Under the pieces are notes generated by a model that saw only the letters and a list, made by a program, of their open reading frames with translations, had not been told where the DNA came from and searched no databases. Shown here in pieces: positions 45,589-55,624 of a stretch of DNA of 64,000 nucleotides. This DNA is from Chloroflexota bacterium (GTDB lineage Bacteria; Chloroflexota; Dormibacteria; CF-121): NCBI GenBank assembly GCA_005881215.1, contig VBDZ01000002.1, forward strand, positions 382 through 64,381. Reading direction: 5' to 3'. Numbering within the stretch: position 1 is the first letter of the stretch; each line of letters opens with the position of its first letter. Made by a program: the position numbers and the translations under genes.

Positions 45589-46286
45589 CCCGGGCCGGCG
45601 TCGCGGCCCGGCGCAAGGCCGACCAGCTGATTGCGTCCGGAAAGGTTTCGGTCAACGGGGTGCCGGCGGTCACGGGCCAGCAGATCGCCCCCGGCATCGA
45701 CCGGGTCACGCTGGACGGCCGACCGGTCGAGCCGGTGAGCGGCCGGACCTACCTGATGATGAACAAGCCGGCCGGAGTCCTGACCAGCGTTGGTGATGAG
45801 CGCGGCCGGCCCACCGTGATCGATCGGCTGCCACCGGACCACCCTCGGCTCTTCCCGGTCGGCCGGCTCGATATGGACAGTCGGGGACTGCTCCTGCTCA
45901 CCGACGATGGAGAGCTGGCGGTTCGGCTGATGCACCCGCGATACCATGTCGACAAGGAATACCGCGTCGTGATTACCGGCCGGCCGGACAGCGATGCCCT
46001 GCGCCGGCTTGCCGAGGGGATGGTCGTGAGCGGGGAGGCGTTTCGGCCGGCGGAGGTCCGGGTGCTCGACGTCGCGCCGGCGCAAACCCGGCTGTCGATG
46101 GTCCTGCGCGAGGGTCGTAAGCGCGAGGTCCGCCGGCTCTGGCAGGCGCTCGGCCATCGGGTCGTCGACCTGCAACGGATTCGGATCGACGGTCTCGATC
46201 TCGGCGACCTCGAGGAGGGCGCGATTCGAAGCCTCGCTCCGGACGAAACTGCGCGGCTGAAAACGGCCGTCGGGTTGACGCCGTGA
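45567..46286 (+). CDS. rluB: RsuA/RluB-family pseudouridine synthase with N-terminal S4 domain
   Basis: In-frame (I)RLNHFLARAGVAARRKADQLIASGKVSVNG (S4 domain) precedes the first canonical start (GTG 45660). Catalytic GRLDMDSRGLLLLTDDGEL..RLMHPR. The proposed start is ATC 45567 (or 45561). The start is uncertain. Confidence 0.88.
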   Translation: MRLNHFLARAGVAARRKADQLIASGKVSVNGVPAVTGQQIAPGIDRVTLDGRPVEPVSGRTYLMMNKPAGVLTSVGDERGRPTVIDRLPPDHPRLFPVGRLDMDSRGLLLLTDDGELAVRLMHPRYHVDKEYRVVITGRPDSDALRRLAEGMVVSGEAFRPAEVRVLDVAPAQTRLSMVLREGRKREVRRLWQALGHRVVDLQRIRIDGLDLGDLEEGAIRSLAPDETARLKTAVGLTP

Positions 46287-46948
46287 TCATCGCGATCGAT
46301 GGACCGGCCGGCTCGGGCAAAACGACCATCGGCCGGATGGTCGCCGACGCGCTCGGGTTCGCCCTGGTCGATACTGGATTGTTCTATCGTGCTGTCACGG
46401 TGGAGGCACGCCGTCGCGGGATCGCGCCGGAGGACGTCGCCGCGCTGATTCGCATGGTCGGCTCGATGCGCATCGATGTCAGCACCGCCCCATCGGGCGA
46501 GCCGGGACCGCTGCTGTCGATCGATGGTCGCGACGTGAGTCGCGAGGCGCACGATCCGGCGATCGCGGCCGACCTGTCGCGAATCGCGCAGCTCCCTGAG
46601 ATCCGGCGGCTGCTGGTCGAGCCGCAGCGGCGCTCTGCCCGAGGCGACGCGGTGGTGCTCGGCCGCGACATCGGCACCGTGATCTTTCCGGAAGCCGACC
46701 AGAAGTTCTTCTTCACCGCGCCCGCCGCCGAGCGGGTGGCGCGCCGCCGGCGCGAACTCGACCGGGCCGGGGGGAACGCCACCTCGGACGCGTTGATGGA
46801 ACAAGAAATCGACGCCCGAGACCGGGCCGACCAGGAACGCGATGTTGCGCCGTTGCGGGCGGCGACCGATGCTATAATCGTCGCGACTGAGGGCAAGTCG
46901 GTCCGTCAGGTTTTCGACGAGGTGATGGCCCGGCTGCCGAAGCATTGA
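46283..46948 (+). CDS. cmk: cytidylate kinase
   Basis: IIAIDGPAGSGKTTIGRMVADALGFALVDTGLFYRAV. GTGA overlap with rluB. Confidence 0.94.
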   Translation: MIIAIDGPAGSGKTTIGRMVADALGFALVDTGLFYRAVTVEARRRGIAPEDVAALIRMVGSMRIDVSTAPSGEPGPLLSIDGRDVSREAHDPAIAADLSRIAQLPEIRRLLVEPQRRSARGDAVVLGRDIGTVIFPEADQKFFFTAPAAERVARRRRELDRAGGNATSDALMEQEIDARDRADQERDVAPLRAATDAIIVATEGKSVRQVFDEVMARLPKH

Positions 46949-47613
46949 TCGCTTTGAGCTATTCCTTCCTCACGCGTCTTGCACGGCTCCTAACCCGCAT
47001 CCTCCTCGGCTCAAAATTCCACCTGCGCGGTACGTCGAATGTGCCGGTCAGCGGACCCGTGCTCATCGTTTCCAACCACGTTGGCGCGGTCGACCCCGCC
47101 ATCATCGGCGCCTGGACACCCCGGCCCGTCTGGTTCATGGCGAAGGCGGAACTGTTCAAAGGGAGTTGGGCCTGGTTGATGCGCGGCTACCACGCCTTCC
47201 CCGTCGTCCGTCACTCACCGGACCGAACCGCCCTGCGCCGGGCTTTCGGTTTGCTCAAAGACGGCTCAGCCGTGGTGCTATTTCCGGAGGGGCATCGGTC
47301 CGAGCATGCCCGGCTGCTCCGGGCGGAGCCGGGCGCGGGCTTCGTGGCCCGCCGTTCGGGAGCGCTGCTGGTGCCCATCGCCATCACCGGGACGCAGTAC
47401 GTGCTGGGCCGCCACACGGTCATCCCCAAGCGCGCCGAGGTACAGATGACCTTTGGCGAGCCATTCCAGCTGCCGGACCGGAATCGCGATGGCAGCCAGA
47501 TGGATCACCAGCAAAGCGCCGATTACCTGATGACAAAGATCGCCCAGCTACTCCCGTTGGAGTACCAGGGGGAGTACGCTGGCTCACCGATGCCGAGAAG
47601 CGCGCAAGCATGA
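46945..47613 (+). CDS. plsC: 1-acyl-sn-glycerol-3-phosphate acyltransferase
   Basis: SNHVGAVDP (HxxxxD-type box NHxxxxD), FPEGHRS, and IAITGT. Confidence 0.88.
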   Translation: MIALSYSFLTRLARLLTRILLGSKFHLRGTSNVPVSGPVLIVSNHVGAVDPAIIGAWTPRPVWFMAKAELFKGSWAWLMRGYHAFPVVRHSPDRTALRRAFGLLKDGSAVVLFPEGHRSEHARLLRAEPGAGFVARRSGALLVPIAITGTQYVLGRHTVIPKRAEVQMTFGEPFQLPDRNRDGSQMDHQQSADYLMTKIAQLLPLEYQGEYAGSPMPRSAQA

Positions 47614-48932
47614 AGAAGATCTACGTTCTCGACACGAACGTTCTCTTGCACGATCCGAACGCGATCTTCTCCTTCGAGGACAACGAGATCGTCATCCCCT
47701 TGGCCGTGATCGAGGAGGTCGACGGCCAGAAGCGCCGGCAGGATGAGGTCGGCCGCCACGCTCGGGTGATCGCGCACTATCTCGACGAGCTGCGGACCCA
47801 GGGCAAGCTCTCGGAGGGGGTGGCGCTGAAGTACGGCGGCAACCTGCGCGTCCAGCTAAAGCACCAGGAATCGCAACTCCTGCCCGAGGACCTCGATCCA
47901 AGGAAAGCCGACAACCAGGTGATCGCCCTGACGCTGCAGCTCAAGGCCGAGAGCAACGGCACGCCGGTCATCCTGGTGAGCAAGGACATCAACGTGCGGG
48001 TGAAGGCCGATGCGCTCAACCTGCAGGCGCAGGATTACGAGACCGACAAGATGGTCCTCAGAGAAGAGGATCTCTACGACGGCATGTCCACTCTGACGGT
48101 GTCACCGGAAGACATCGAGACCTTTACCAAGACGAACGTCTATCAGCCCAGCAACGGGCAGCTCTTCAACAATCAGTTCGTCCATTTCAAATCGCTGAAT
48201 GGCAACAAGTCGAGCGCGCTGGGTCGTTACGATGCCACCGCCCACCAGGTGGTGGCGCTGGCGCCGATCAAGAAAGAGATCTGGGGCATCCAGCCCAAGA
48301 ACCTGGGCCAGCGGTTCGCGTTCGACATCCTGCTCGACGACCGGGTGCCGCTGGTGACGATGACTGGCCAGGCGGGTACCGGGAAGACGTTGCTGGCGCT
48401 GGCCGCCGGCTTGAGCAAGGTGCTGGACCAGCACCGCTATCGCCGATTGCTGGTGACCCGGCCGGTGATTCCCATGGGGAAAGACGTGGGCTACCTACCG
48501 GGCGACAAGGACGAGAAACTTCGGCCCTGGATGCAGCCGATCTACGACAACCTCGAGTACCTGATGGGGTGCATCTACAAGGAGCAGATGGCCGCGGACA
48601 TGATCCGGCACATCCAGGACAAGGGGCTCTTCGAGGCGGAGGCGCTCACCTACATCCGGGGCCGCAGCATCCCGCAGCAGTTCATCATTGTGGACGAAGC
48701 GCAGAATCTCACCCCGCACGAGGTCAAAACCATCGTCTCGCGCGCCGGCGAGGGAACGAAGATCGTCCTGACCGGCGATCCGAACCAGATCGATCACCCT
48801 TACCTCGATTTCCGCAGCAACGGGCTCTGTTACGCGATCGAGAAGTTCAAAAACAACCCGCTGGCGGGGCACGTTACCCTGACCAAGGGACAGCGATCTG
48901 AACTCGCGGAGCTCGCAGCGAAACTGCTCTAG
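47610..48932 (+). CDS. PhoH-like ATPase with N-terminal PIN domain (YlaK-type)
   Basis: PIN: KIYVLDTNVLLHDP...IPLAVIEEVD. PhoH: MTGQAGTGKTLLALA, IIVDEAQNLTPHEVKTIVSRAGEGTKIVLTGDPNQID. ATGA overlap with plsC. Confidence 0.9.
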   Translation: MKKIYVLDTNVLLHDPNAIFSFEDNEIVIPLAVIEEVDGQKRRQDEVGRHARVIAHYLDELRTQGKLSEGVALKYGGNLRVQLKHQESQLLPEDLDPRKADNQVIALTLQLKAESNGTPVILVSKDINVRVKADALNLQAQDYETDKMVLREEDLYDGMSTLTVSPEDIETFTKTNVYQPSNGQLFNNQFVHFKSLNGNKSSALGRYDATAHQVVALAPIKKEIWGIQPKNLGQRFAFDILLDDRVPLVTMTGQAGTGKTLLALAAGLSKVLDQHRYRRLLVTRPVIPMGKDVGYLPGDKDEKLRPWMQPIYDNLEYLMGCIYKEQMAADMIRHIQDKGLFEAEALTYIRGRSIPQQFIIVDEAQNLTPHEVKTIVSRAGEGTKIVLTGDPNQIDHPYLDFRSNGLCYAIEKFKNNPLAGHVTLTKGQRSELAELAAKLL

Positions 48933-48942
48933 CATTTAGTTA

Positions 48943-51684
48943 GTGGATCGCACGTTCGTGGCGCTCGATCTGGAGACGACCGGGTTGTCGCCGCGACTCG
49001 ACCGCATCATCGAGGTTGGCGCCGTTCGGTTTCGCGGCGACGAGGTGCTGGCGACCTTTCAATCCCTGGCGCGGCCCGAAGTGCCGATCCCCCGTCCGGT
49101 CCAGGAACTGACCGGGATCCGTGACGACGATGTGGCGGCCGCGCCACCGCCCGAGCAGGTGCTGGCGCAAGTCGTCGACTTCGTCGGTGACAGCGCCGTC
49201 GTCGCGCATAGTGGCACGTTCGATCTGTCCTTCTTGATCGATGGCCAGCCCGGAGCCGGGTACGAATTGTTCGACACCCTCGACCTGGCGCGGATCATGC
49301 TGCCGATGGCGCCCAGCCACAGCCTGCCGCATCTCTCCCGGCAACTCGGCCTGACGCATGCCGATCCCCATCGAGCGCTGTCCGACGCCGACGCGGCGCG
49401 GCAGCTGTTTCGCTACCTGTGGCGATTTGCCGGCGGGCTTCCTCGCGATCTCCTCGACCGAATGCTCGAGCTGGTGGCCGACTGGCCGCATCCCCTGCAA
49501 CATTTCCTCAGCGAGGCCCACGCCGCGGAACCAAGCGGCGTGCACAGCCTGCTCCCAACCCTGGCCGCTCCAGCCAGGCCGGCGCGCGACGCCGCACCCT
49601 CGACCGATCCGCTGGCGATCCGGGCGCTGCTCGGCCCGGATGGTCCAATGGCGGGTCGCCTCGATGACTACGAGCTCCGCGAGGCGCAGCTCCAGATGAC
49701 GCTGGCCGTCGCCCAACTCTACAGCCGCGGCGGCCGGTTACTGGTCGAGGCCGGGCCGGGGACCGGGAAGTCGCTGGCCTACCTGGTGCCGGCCGTGCAC
49801 CACGCGGTCGCCACCGGCGAGCGGGTCGTGGTGGCGACGAACACCATCACGCTACAGGAGCAGCTCTTCTCGAAGGACATCCCGTTCATGCGAAGCTGGC
49901 TGCCGTTCGATTTCAGGGCGTCGCTGCTCAAGGGGCGAGCCAACTACGTCAGCTTGCGTCGCTGGAACCGCTATCTCAACGCGCCCAGCCGGCGAGCGGA
50001 TGGCAGCTGGTTCGACGATGAGCTCAAATTCAAGCTTCGGATGCTGGTCTGGCTGGCCCAGACCCGGAATGGCGACCGTTCGGAAATCAAGCTCAATGGG
50101 TTCGACGACTTGTTCTGGCTGCGGGCGGCATCGACCGCCGACGATTGCCTCGCCGCCCACTGCGAGAACTTCAAGACCCAGCGCTGCTTCTATTGGAATA
50201 GTCGACGAGGGGCTCAGGACGCCGACCTGATCGTGACCAACCACGCGCTGCTGCTGGCCGATGCGCTCAAGGGTGGCTCCGTGCTGCCGCCGCACGAGCA
50301 CCTGGTCGTCGACGAGGCGCACCAGCTGGAAGAGACCGCGGTCGAAGCGCTCACCATGCGGGTGGGGGAGGGGGAGCTGCTCGAAAGCATCGACGGCGCG
50401 CTGACCTGGTTCCGCGCTGCGGTCGGGACGCCGAGCGAGGCGGTGCGCCGCGCGGCCGCGGAGTGCCGCCAGGCAGTGGTCGAGCTCTTTCGCGAAGCCC
50501 GGACGGTCGTCGGCGAGCGGCAGCCCGAGCTTCCCGCCCGGCCATCGCGCGAGGAGCCGGTCGTGCTCGATCCGGCCAATCGCAACCTCCCGGACATCGT
50601 CCGTCTCTCGACGCTCGCCGCCACACTCGACCAGCGGGGGACGGCCTTGCGGCGAGCTCTCGATGATGCCGGTACGCAGATCCCGCTCGAGACGAACCCT
50701 CACGCGGAACGAGAGCTCGATCTATTCATCACCCAGCTGCAGAGCCGGGTGGACCTGGTGGTGCACGCCCTGCTTTCGCCGCGGCCGGAGCGGCTTTACT
50801 GGATTGGGACGGAGCGCCGGTCAGGCCGGCCGCTCATCCAGGGCGCACCCACCGCGGCCGGCCGCGAGCTCCAGGCACGGGCCTTTGCCGGAAAGGAAAC
50901 CGTCGTCTTCACCTCCGCGACACTCGCCGTCGCCGATTCCTTCGCGTATTTCAAACGCGGCGTCGGGCTCGAGGCGCTGAGCACCCATGAGATGGTGCTG
51001 GCCTCGCCCTTCGATTACCTCTCGCAGGCGCTGCTCTGCTTACCGACGGACCTTCGCGACCTTACCGATCCGTCCTTTACCGAGCAGGTGACCGCCGTGG
51101 TTGGCGACATCGCGGAGGCGATCGATGGTCGAACCATGGTGCTGTTCACCTCGCATCTCCAGCTGCAAGACGTGGCCGAGCGACTGCGAGTCCGTACCGC
51201 GCGCACCCACCTGTCCGTGCTGGCTCAGAACCTGGACGGCACCAGGCGGCAGCTTCTGGCGCAATTCCAGGAGCATCCGCGCAGCATTCTGCTGGGTAGC
51301 AGCAGCTTCTGGGAAGGGATCGACGTCCCCGGCGATGCGCTGTCTTGCGTGGTGATCGTCCGTCTGCCGTTTCGGGTTCCCAGCGATCCGCTGCAGCTGG
51401 CGCGCAGTGCGACTCTGGCCGACCCGTTCGGGCAATTGGCGCTTCCGGAGGCGGTGCTGCGGCTCAAGCAAGGCTTCGGCCGGCTGATCCGGCGGCAGAG
51501 CGACCGGGGCGCCGTCGTCCTGATGGATCATCGGATCGCGAATCGAACCTACGGCGGAGCGTTTCTCGATGCGCTGCCGCGGGCCGCGGTCCAGGTTGGC
51601 CCTGCCGAGGAGATCCCCCTGGCGATCACCCAGTGGCTCACCCGCGGCGGAACCGTTCGCCGGTTCAGTCCGGTTCAAGCGTGA
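48943..51684 (+). CDS. dinG: DinG-family helicase fused to an N-terminal DEDDh 3'-5' exonuclease domain
   Basis: Exonuclease: FVALDLETTGL...VAHSGTFDLSFL...HRALSDADAA. Helicase: EAGPGTGKSLAY, VVDEAHQLEE, LGSSSFWEGIDVPG, and RLIRRQSDRG. Confidence 0.9.
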   Translation: MDRTFVALDLETTGLSPRLDRIIEVGAVRFRGDEVLATFQSLARPEVPIPRPVQELTGIRDDDVAAAPPPEQVLAQVVDFVGDSAVVAHSGTFDLSFLIDGQPGAGYELFDTLDLARIMLPMAPSHSLPHLSRQLGLTHADPHRALSDADAARQLFRYLWRFAGGLPRDLLDRMLELVADWPHPLQHFLSEAHAAEPSGVHSLLPTLAAPARPARDAAPSTDPLAIRALLGPDGPMAGRLDDYELREAQLQMTLAVAQLYSRGGRLLVEAGPGTGKSLAYLVPAVHHAVATGERVVVATNTITLQEQLFSKDIPFMRSWLPFDFRASLLKGRANYVSLRRWNRYLNAPSRRADGSWFDDELKFKLRMLVWLAQTRNGDRSEIKLNGFDDLFWLRAASTADDCLAAHCENFKTQRCFYWNSRRGAQDADLIVTNHALLLADALKGGSVLPPHEHLVVDEAHQLEETAVEALTMRVGEGELLESIDGALTWFRAAVGTPSEAVRRAAAECRQAVVELFREARTVVGERQPELPARPSREEPVVLDPANRNLPDIVRLSTLAATLDQRGTALRRALDDAGTQIPLETNPHAERELDLFITQLQSRVDLVVHALLSPRPERLYWIGTERRSGRPLIQGAPTAAGRELQARAFAGKETVVFTSATLAVADSFAYFKRGVGLEALSTHEMVLASPFDYLSQALLCLPTDLRDLTDPSFTEQVTAVVGDIAEAIDGRTMVLFTSHLQLQDVAERLRVRTARTHLSVLAQNLDGTRRQLLAQFQEHPRSILLGSSSFWEGIDVPGDALSCVVIVRLPFRVPSDPLQLARSATLADPFGQLALPEAVLRLKQGFGRLIRRQSDRGAVVLMDHRIANRTYGGAFLDALPRAAVQVGPAEEIPLAITQWLTRGGTVRRFSPVQA

Positions 51685-52553
51685 ACCCGGACGGCCGGCT
51701 CACCGTCGGGCTGGCCCAGATCGACCCGGCGCTGGGGGACCGCGACCGTAACCTGGAGCGGCACCGCGAGTGGGTGCGCCAGGCGACCGCCGCCGGCGCG
51801 AACCTGCTGGTGTTCCCCGAGCTGAGCCTGACCGGGTATTTCCTCAAGGATCTCGTCCCGGACAGCGCGATCCGGCTCGATGACCCGATCATGCGCGAGC
51901 TCGGCGCCCTGTCGACCGACCTGGACATCGTTGTGGGGGCGGTCGTCGAAGAGCCCGATCACCGCTATTTCAACGCCAGCCTTTATTTCAGCCGTGGCGA
52001 GCTGGTACACCTCCACCGCAAGGTCTACCTGCCGACCTACGGGATGTTCGATGAACAGCGCTACTTCGCACCTGGCGATCGCTTTCGCAGCTTCAGGACC
52101 GGGTTCGGTCGGGCCGGGATACTGGTCTGCGAGGACATCTGGCATCTCTCCAGCGCGTACATCCTGAGTCTCGAAGGCGTCGACATGATCATCTGTCCTT
52201 CGTCGAGCCCGGGGCGGGGGATCACGACCGACGAGCGGCTGGGGACGGCGGAGTCGTATAACCTGGTCTGCCGCACCTACGCCCAGTTCCTGACGACCTT
52301 CTTTCTCTACTGCAATCGGGTCGGCTTCGAGGACGGGGCCAACTTCTGGGGCGGATCGATGGTGATTGGCCCGAACGGCGACATCATCGCCCAGCAGGAA
52401 GACGCGGACGAGGCCCTCGTCCTCGCCAGCCTCGACCTGGCCGAGGTGCGGCGGGAGCGGTTGACGAATCCCCTGCTGCGCGACGAACGGCTGGAACTGA
52501 CCATCAACGAATTGCGGCGAGTCTGGCATGAGCGCACCCGCAAGCCTTTCTGA
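51681..52553 (+). CDS. carbon-nitrogen hydrolase (nitrilase superfamily), probable stand-alone glutaminase subunit for NadE
   Basis: [11 protein letters not shown] (Glu), HRKVYLP (Lys), and ILVCEDIWH (Cys) form the catalytic triad context. GTGA overlap with dinG. It overlaps nadE by 26 nt. Confidence 0.85.
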   Translation: MNPDGRLTVGLAQIDPALGDRDRNLERHREWVRQATAAGANLLVFPELSLTGYFLKDLVPDSAIRLDDPIMRELGALSTDLDIVVGAVVEEPDHRYFNASLYFSRGELVHLHRKVYLPTYGMFDEQRYFAPGDRFRSFRTGFGRAGILVCEDIWHLSSAYILSLEGVDMIICPSSSPGRGITTDERLGTAESYNLVCRTYAQFLTTFFLYCNRVGFEDGANFWGGSMVIGPNGDIIAQQEDADEALVLASLDLAEVRRERLTNPLLRDERLELTINELRRVWHERTRKPF

Positions 52554-53382
52554 ACCGGTCTTCGCGCCGCTCGTCATCAATCCCGAGCTGGTCAAACGCA
52601 TCCTGATCGGGTTTATCCGCAACGAGGTTCGCAAGGTCGGCTTCGAGCGGTTGGTGCTGGGCCTGAGTGGTGGGGTCGATTCGAGCCTGGTCGCCAGCCT
52701 GGCCGCCGAAGCGCTCGGCCCGCCGAACGTGCTCGCCGTGATCATGCCCTACAAGACCAGCGATCCGAAGAGCCGCAGTGACGCCCTGCAGGTGGTGCAG
52801 CAGCTCGGCATTCATCGGCTCGAGATCGATATCAGCCCGCAGATCGACGCCTACTTCGAGCGATTTCCGGACGCGGACCAGAAGCGACGCGGCAACAAGA
52901 TGGCGCGCGAGCGGATGACGATCCTCTATGACCACTCCTTTGCCTGGCGAGCACTCGTCATCGGCACGAGCAACAAGACTGAGCTGCTGCTCGGCTACGG
53001 GACGATCTACGGCGACATGGCGAGCGCGATCAACCCGATCGGTGACCTGTACAAGACCCAGGTCTGGCAGCTGGCGGATGCCATCGGGGTGCCGACCGCG
53101 ATCGTGCAAAAGGCGCCATCGGCGGACCTCTGGGCCGGCCAGTCCGACGAGACCGAGCTCGGCTTTCAGTACCGGATGATCGATCAGCTCCTCTATTACC
53201 TGGTGGATCACCGCTACCGAGTCGAGGAGCTCAAGCGGCTGGGCTTCGAGGAGGCCTTCGTCGAGGACATCATCCGCCGAGTCCGCGACAACCAGTACAA
53301 GCGCCGGCTGCCCGTGATCGCCAAACTGTCCTCACGCACCATCGATCGCGACTTCCGCTATCCACGCGACTGGGGACACTGA
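52528..53382 (+). CDS. nadE: NAD+ synthetase (synthetase domain only)
   Basis: [18 protein letters not shown] (PP-loop SGGxDS), [18 protein letters not shown], and YKRRLP. Confidence 0.93.
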   Translation: MSAPASLSEPVFAPLVINPELVKRILIGFIRNEVRKVGFERLVLGLSGGVDSSLVASLAAEALGPPNVLAVIMPYKTSDPKSRSDALQVVQQLGIHRLEIDISPQIDAYFERFPDADQKRRGNKMARERMTILYDHSFAWRALVIGTSNKTELLLGYGTIYGDMASAINPIGDLYKTQVWQLADAIGVPTAIVQKAPSADLWAGQSDETELGFQYRMIDQLLYYLVDHRYRVEELKRLGFEEAFVEDIIRRVRDNQYKRRLPVIAKLSSRTIDRDFRYPRDWGH

Positions 53383-54086
53383 TGCCGCCCGGCCAGGCCG
53401 GGACTGGGACGCTCTACCTGGTGGCCACGCCGATCGGCAACCTGGACGACATGACGCTGCGCGCCATCCACGTGCTGGAGTCGGTGCCCCTGATCGCCGC
53501 CGAGGACACCCGCCATACCTTGAAGCTGCTGACGCACTTTGGCCTGCGCCGCCCACTCGTGAGCCTGCACGCCCGCAACGAGCAGCGGCAGCTGCAGACG
53601 ATTCTCGGCCGGCTCGAGCAGCATGACGTCGCGCTGGTGTCGGACGCGGGCACCCCGGCGCTCTCGGACCCCGGCGTGCGGCTGGTCAGCGCCGCGGTGG
53701 CGGCCGGTCACCCGGTGGTACCGGTGCCGGGACCGTCGGCCGTGCTGGCGGCGCTGATCAGCTCAGGGCTCCCCACCAACCAGTTCACTTTCCTTGGGTT
53801 TTTGCCCCGCAAATCCGGCGAGCTGGAGCGCGTGCTGCGTGCCGCCGGCGAGGCCAAACGGACCTTCGTGTTCTTCGAATCACCCCATCGGCTGTTGCGA
53901 ACATTGGATATAATGGCGTCCGCCCTCGGCCCCCGCTCGCTGGTGGTGGCGCGGGAGATCACCAAGGTCCACGAAGAGTTCTTACGTGGAACACCGGCGA
54001 CACTCCTGGAGCACTTCGCGAAAACTCCACCCCGAGGCGAGCTGACGGTCGTGGTAGCCGGCAGCGACTGGAAAGCCCCCAGATGA
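53382..54086 (+). CDS. rsmI: 16S rRNA (cytidine1402-2'-O)-methyltransferase
   Basis: GTLYLVATPIGNLDDMTLRAIHVLESVPLIAAEDTRHT...SDAGTPALSDPG...FFESPHR. Confidence 0.93.
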   Translation: MPPGQAGTGTLYLVATPIGNLDDMTLRAIHVLESVPLIAAEDTRHTLKLLTHFGLRRPLVSLHARNEQRQLQTILGRLEQHDVALVSDAGTPALSDPGVRLVSAAVAAGHPVVPVPGPSAVLAALISSGLPTNQFTFLGFLPRKSGELERVLRAAGEAKRTFVFFESPHRLLRTLDIMASALGPRSLVVAREITKVHEEFLRGTPATLLEHFAKTPPRGELTVVVAGSDWKAPR

Positions 54087-55624
54087 GTAAGTTCTACGTC
54101 ACCACCGCGATCGTCTATCCAAACGCCGCGCCCCACCTGGGCTTCATCTACGAGCTGGTCGGGACGGATGCGCTGGCACGCTATCACCGGCTGGTCGGCG
54201 ATGAGACGTTTTTTCTGACCGGGACGGACGAGCATTCGCAGAACGTCCGGCGGCGGGCCGAGGAGGAGGGCGTCTCCACCGCTGAGTTCACATCGCGGAT
54301 GGCCCAGCTCTACCGCGATGTCGAGGCCCGTTTCGGCATCAGCTACGACCGCTTCATCCGGACGGAGGATGCCGACCACGTGCGTGGGGTGCAGGCCTTC
54401 ATCACCAAGATGCAGGCCCGGGGCGACATCTACAAGGGCGCGTACGAGGGTTGGTACTGCGTCTCCTGCGAGGCCTTCAAGGGAGAGGCGGACCTCAAGG
54501 ACGGGTACTGCTTGATCCACCCCACGCTGAAAGCGCAGTGGCTGACGGAAGAGAACTACTTCTTCAAGCTGTCGAGCTACCAGGATCGGTTGCAGCAACA
54601 CATCGACAAGCATCCGGACTTCATCCAGCCACAGACGCGCCGCAACGAGGTGCTCGGCTGGCTCAAAACCGGCCTGCAGGACTTCAGCATCTCCCGCTCG
54701 ACGATCAAGTGGGGTATCCCCTTTCCCGGCGACGACAAACACGTCGTCTACGTCTGGGGCGACGCGCTGGTGAACTACGTCACCGGCGTCGGCTACGGGA
54801 CCGACGAGGCCATGTTCAAGCGCTGGTGGCCGGCCGATCTGCACGTGATCGGCAAGGACATCACCCGCTTCCATTGCCTCTATTGGCCGGCGATGCTGAT
54901 GTCGGCCGGGGTCGCCGTCCCCAAGCGGGTGTACGCCCACGGGTTCCTCACCGTCCGCGGCGAGAAGATGAGCAAGAGCGTCGGCAACTATATCGACCCC
55001 TTCGAGGCGGTCGATCGCTTCGGCGCGGAGGCGGTGCGCTACCTGCTGCTTCGCGAGCTGCCCTTCGATCGGGATGGCGACATCAGCTGGGAAACCATGA
55101 CCGATCGGTTCAATGCCGACCTGGCCAACGATCTGGGGAACTTCGTCTACCGCACGCTGTCAATGTTGCAGCGCTACTTCGATGGCAAGGTGCCGGCGCC
55201 CGACGCCGACGCGACGGCGCTGGACAAGCAGCTCCGGACCGCCTTCGAGCGGGCGGTGCGGGGCCAGGACAAGCACCTGAAGGCGCTCGATTTCACCGCC
55301 GGGCTGGAGCTGATCTGGGAGGCGATCAACCGGGGGAACAAGTACATCGAGGAAAGCGCTCCCTGGGTGCTGGCCAAGCAGTCCGATCAGCGCAAGCGCC
55401 TCCAGACTGTCCTCTACAACCTGGTCGAGGCGATCCGATTGACCGCCTACCTGGTCTCGCCGTTCCTGCCCGAGACCGCGGGAAAGATCGCGGCGCAGGT
55501 CAAGGCGGACCTCAACACCCCCTGGGCGACCGCCCGCGAGTGGGGAAGGCTGGCGCCCCGGACCCAGACATCCCTGGCCGGCGTCCTGTTCCCGCGAATC
55601 GAGAAGCCGGAGCCGGTCGCCTGA
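54083..55624 (+). CDS. metG: methionyl-tRNA synthetase (short form, no C-terminal tRNA-binding domain)
   Basis: FYVTTAIVYPNAAPHLGF (HIGH-like), a CxxC knuckle, and KMSKS. Confidence 0.95.
   Translation: MSKFYVTTAIVYPNAAPHLGFIYELVGTDALARYHRLVGDETFFLTGTDEHSQNVRRRAEEEGVSTAEFTSRMAQLYRDVEARFGISYDRFIRTEDADHVRGVQAFITKMQARGDIYKGAYEGWYCVSCEAFKGEADLKDGYCLIHPTLKAQWLTEENYFFKLSSYQDRLQQHIDKHPDFIQPQTRRNEVLGWLKTGLQDFSISRSTIKWGIPFPGDDKHVVYVWGDALVNYVTGVGYGTDEAMFKRWWPADLHVIGKDITRFHCLYWPAMLMSAGVAVPKRVYAHGFLTVRGEKMSKSVGNYIDPFEAVDRFGAEAVRYLLLRELPFDRDGDISWETMTDRFNADLANDLGNFVYRTLSMLQRYFDGKVPAPDADATALDKQLRTAFERAVRGQDKHLKALDFTAGLELIWEAINRGNKYIEESAPWVLAKQSDQRKRLQTVLYNLVEAIRLTAYLVSPFLPETAGKIAAQVKADLNTPWATAREWGRLAPRTQTSLAGVLFPRIEKPEPVA

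Noticed and set aside
47166-47609. 148-aa N-terminal extension of the PhoH/PIN ORF, and similar extensions of the alaS (30518), tsf (8369), uppS (10153), nitrilase (51345) and DGC (19870) ORFs
   Set aside because: The extensions overlap the preceding genes out of frame and are low-complexity. In each case a start codon with the family-typical N-terminus lies at or just after the upstream stop.
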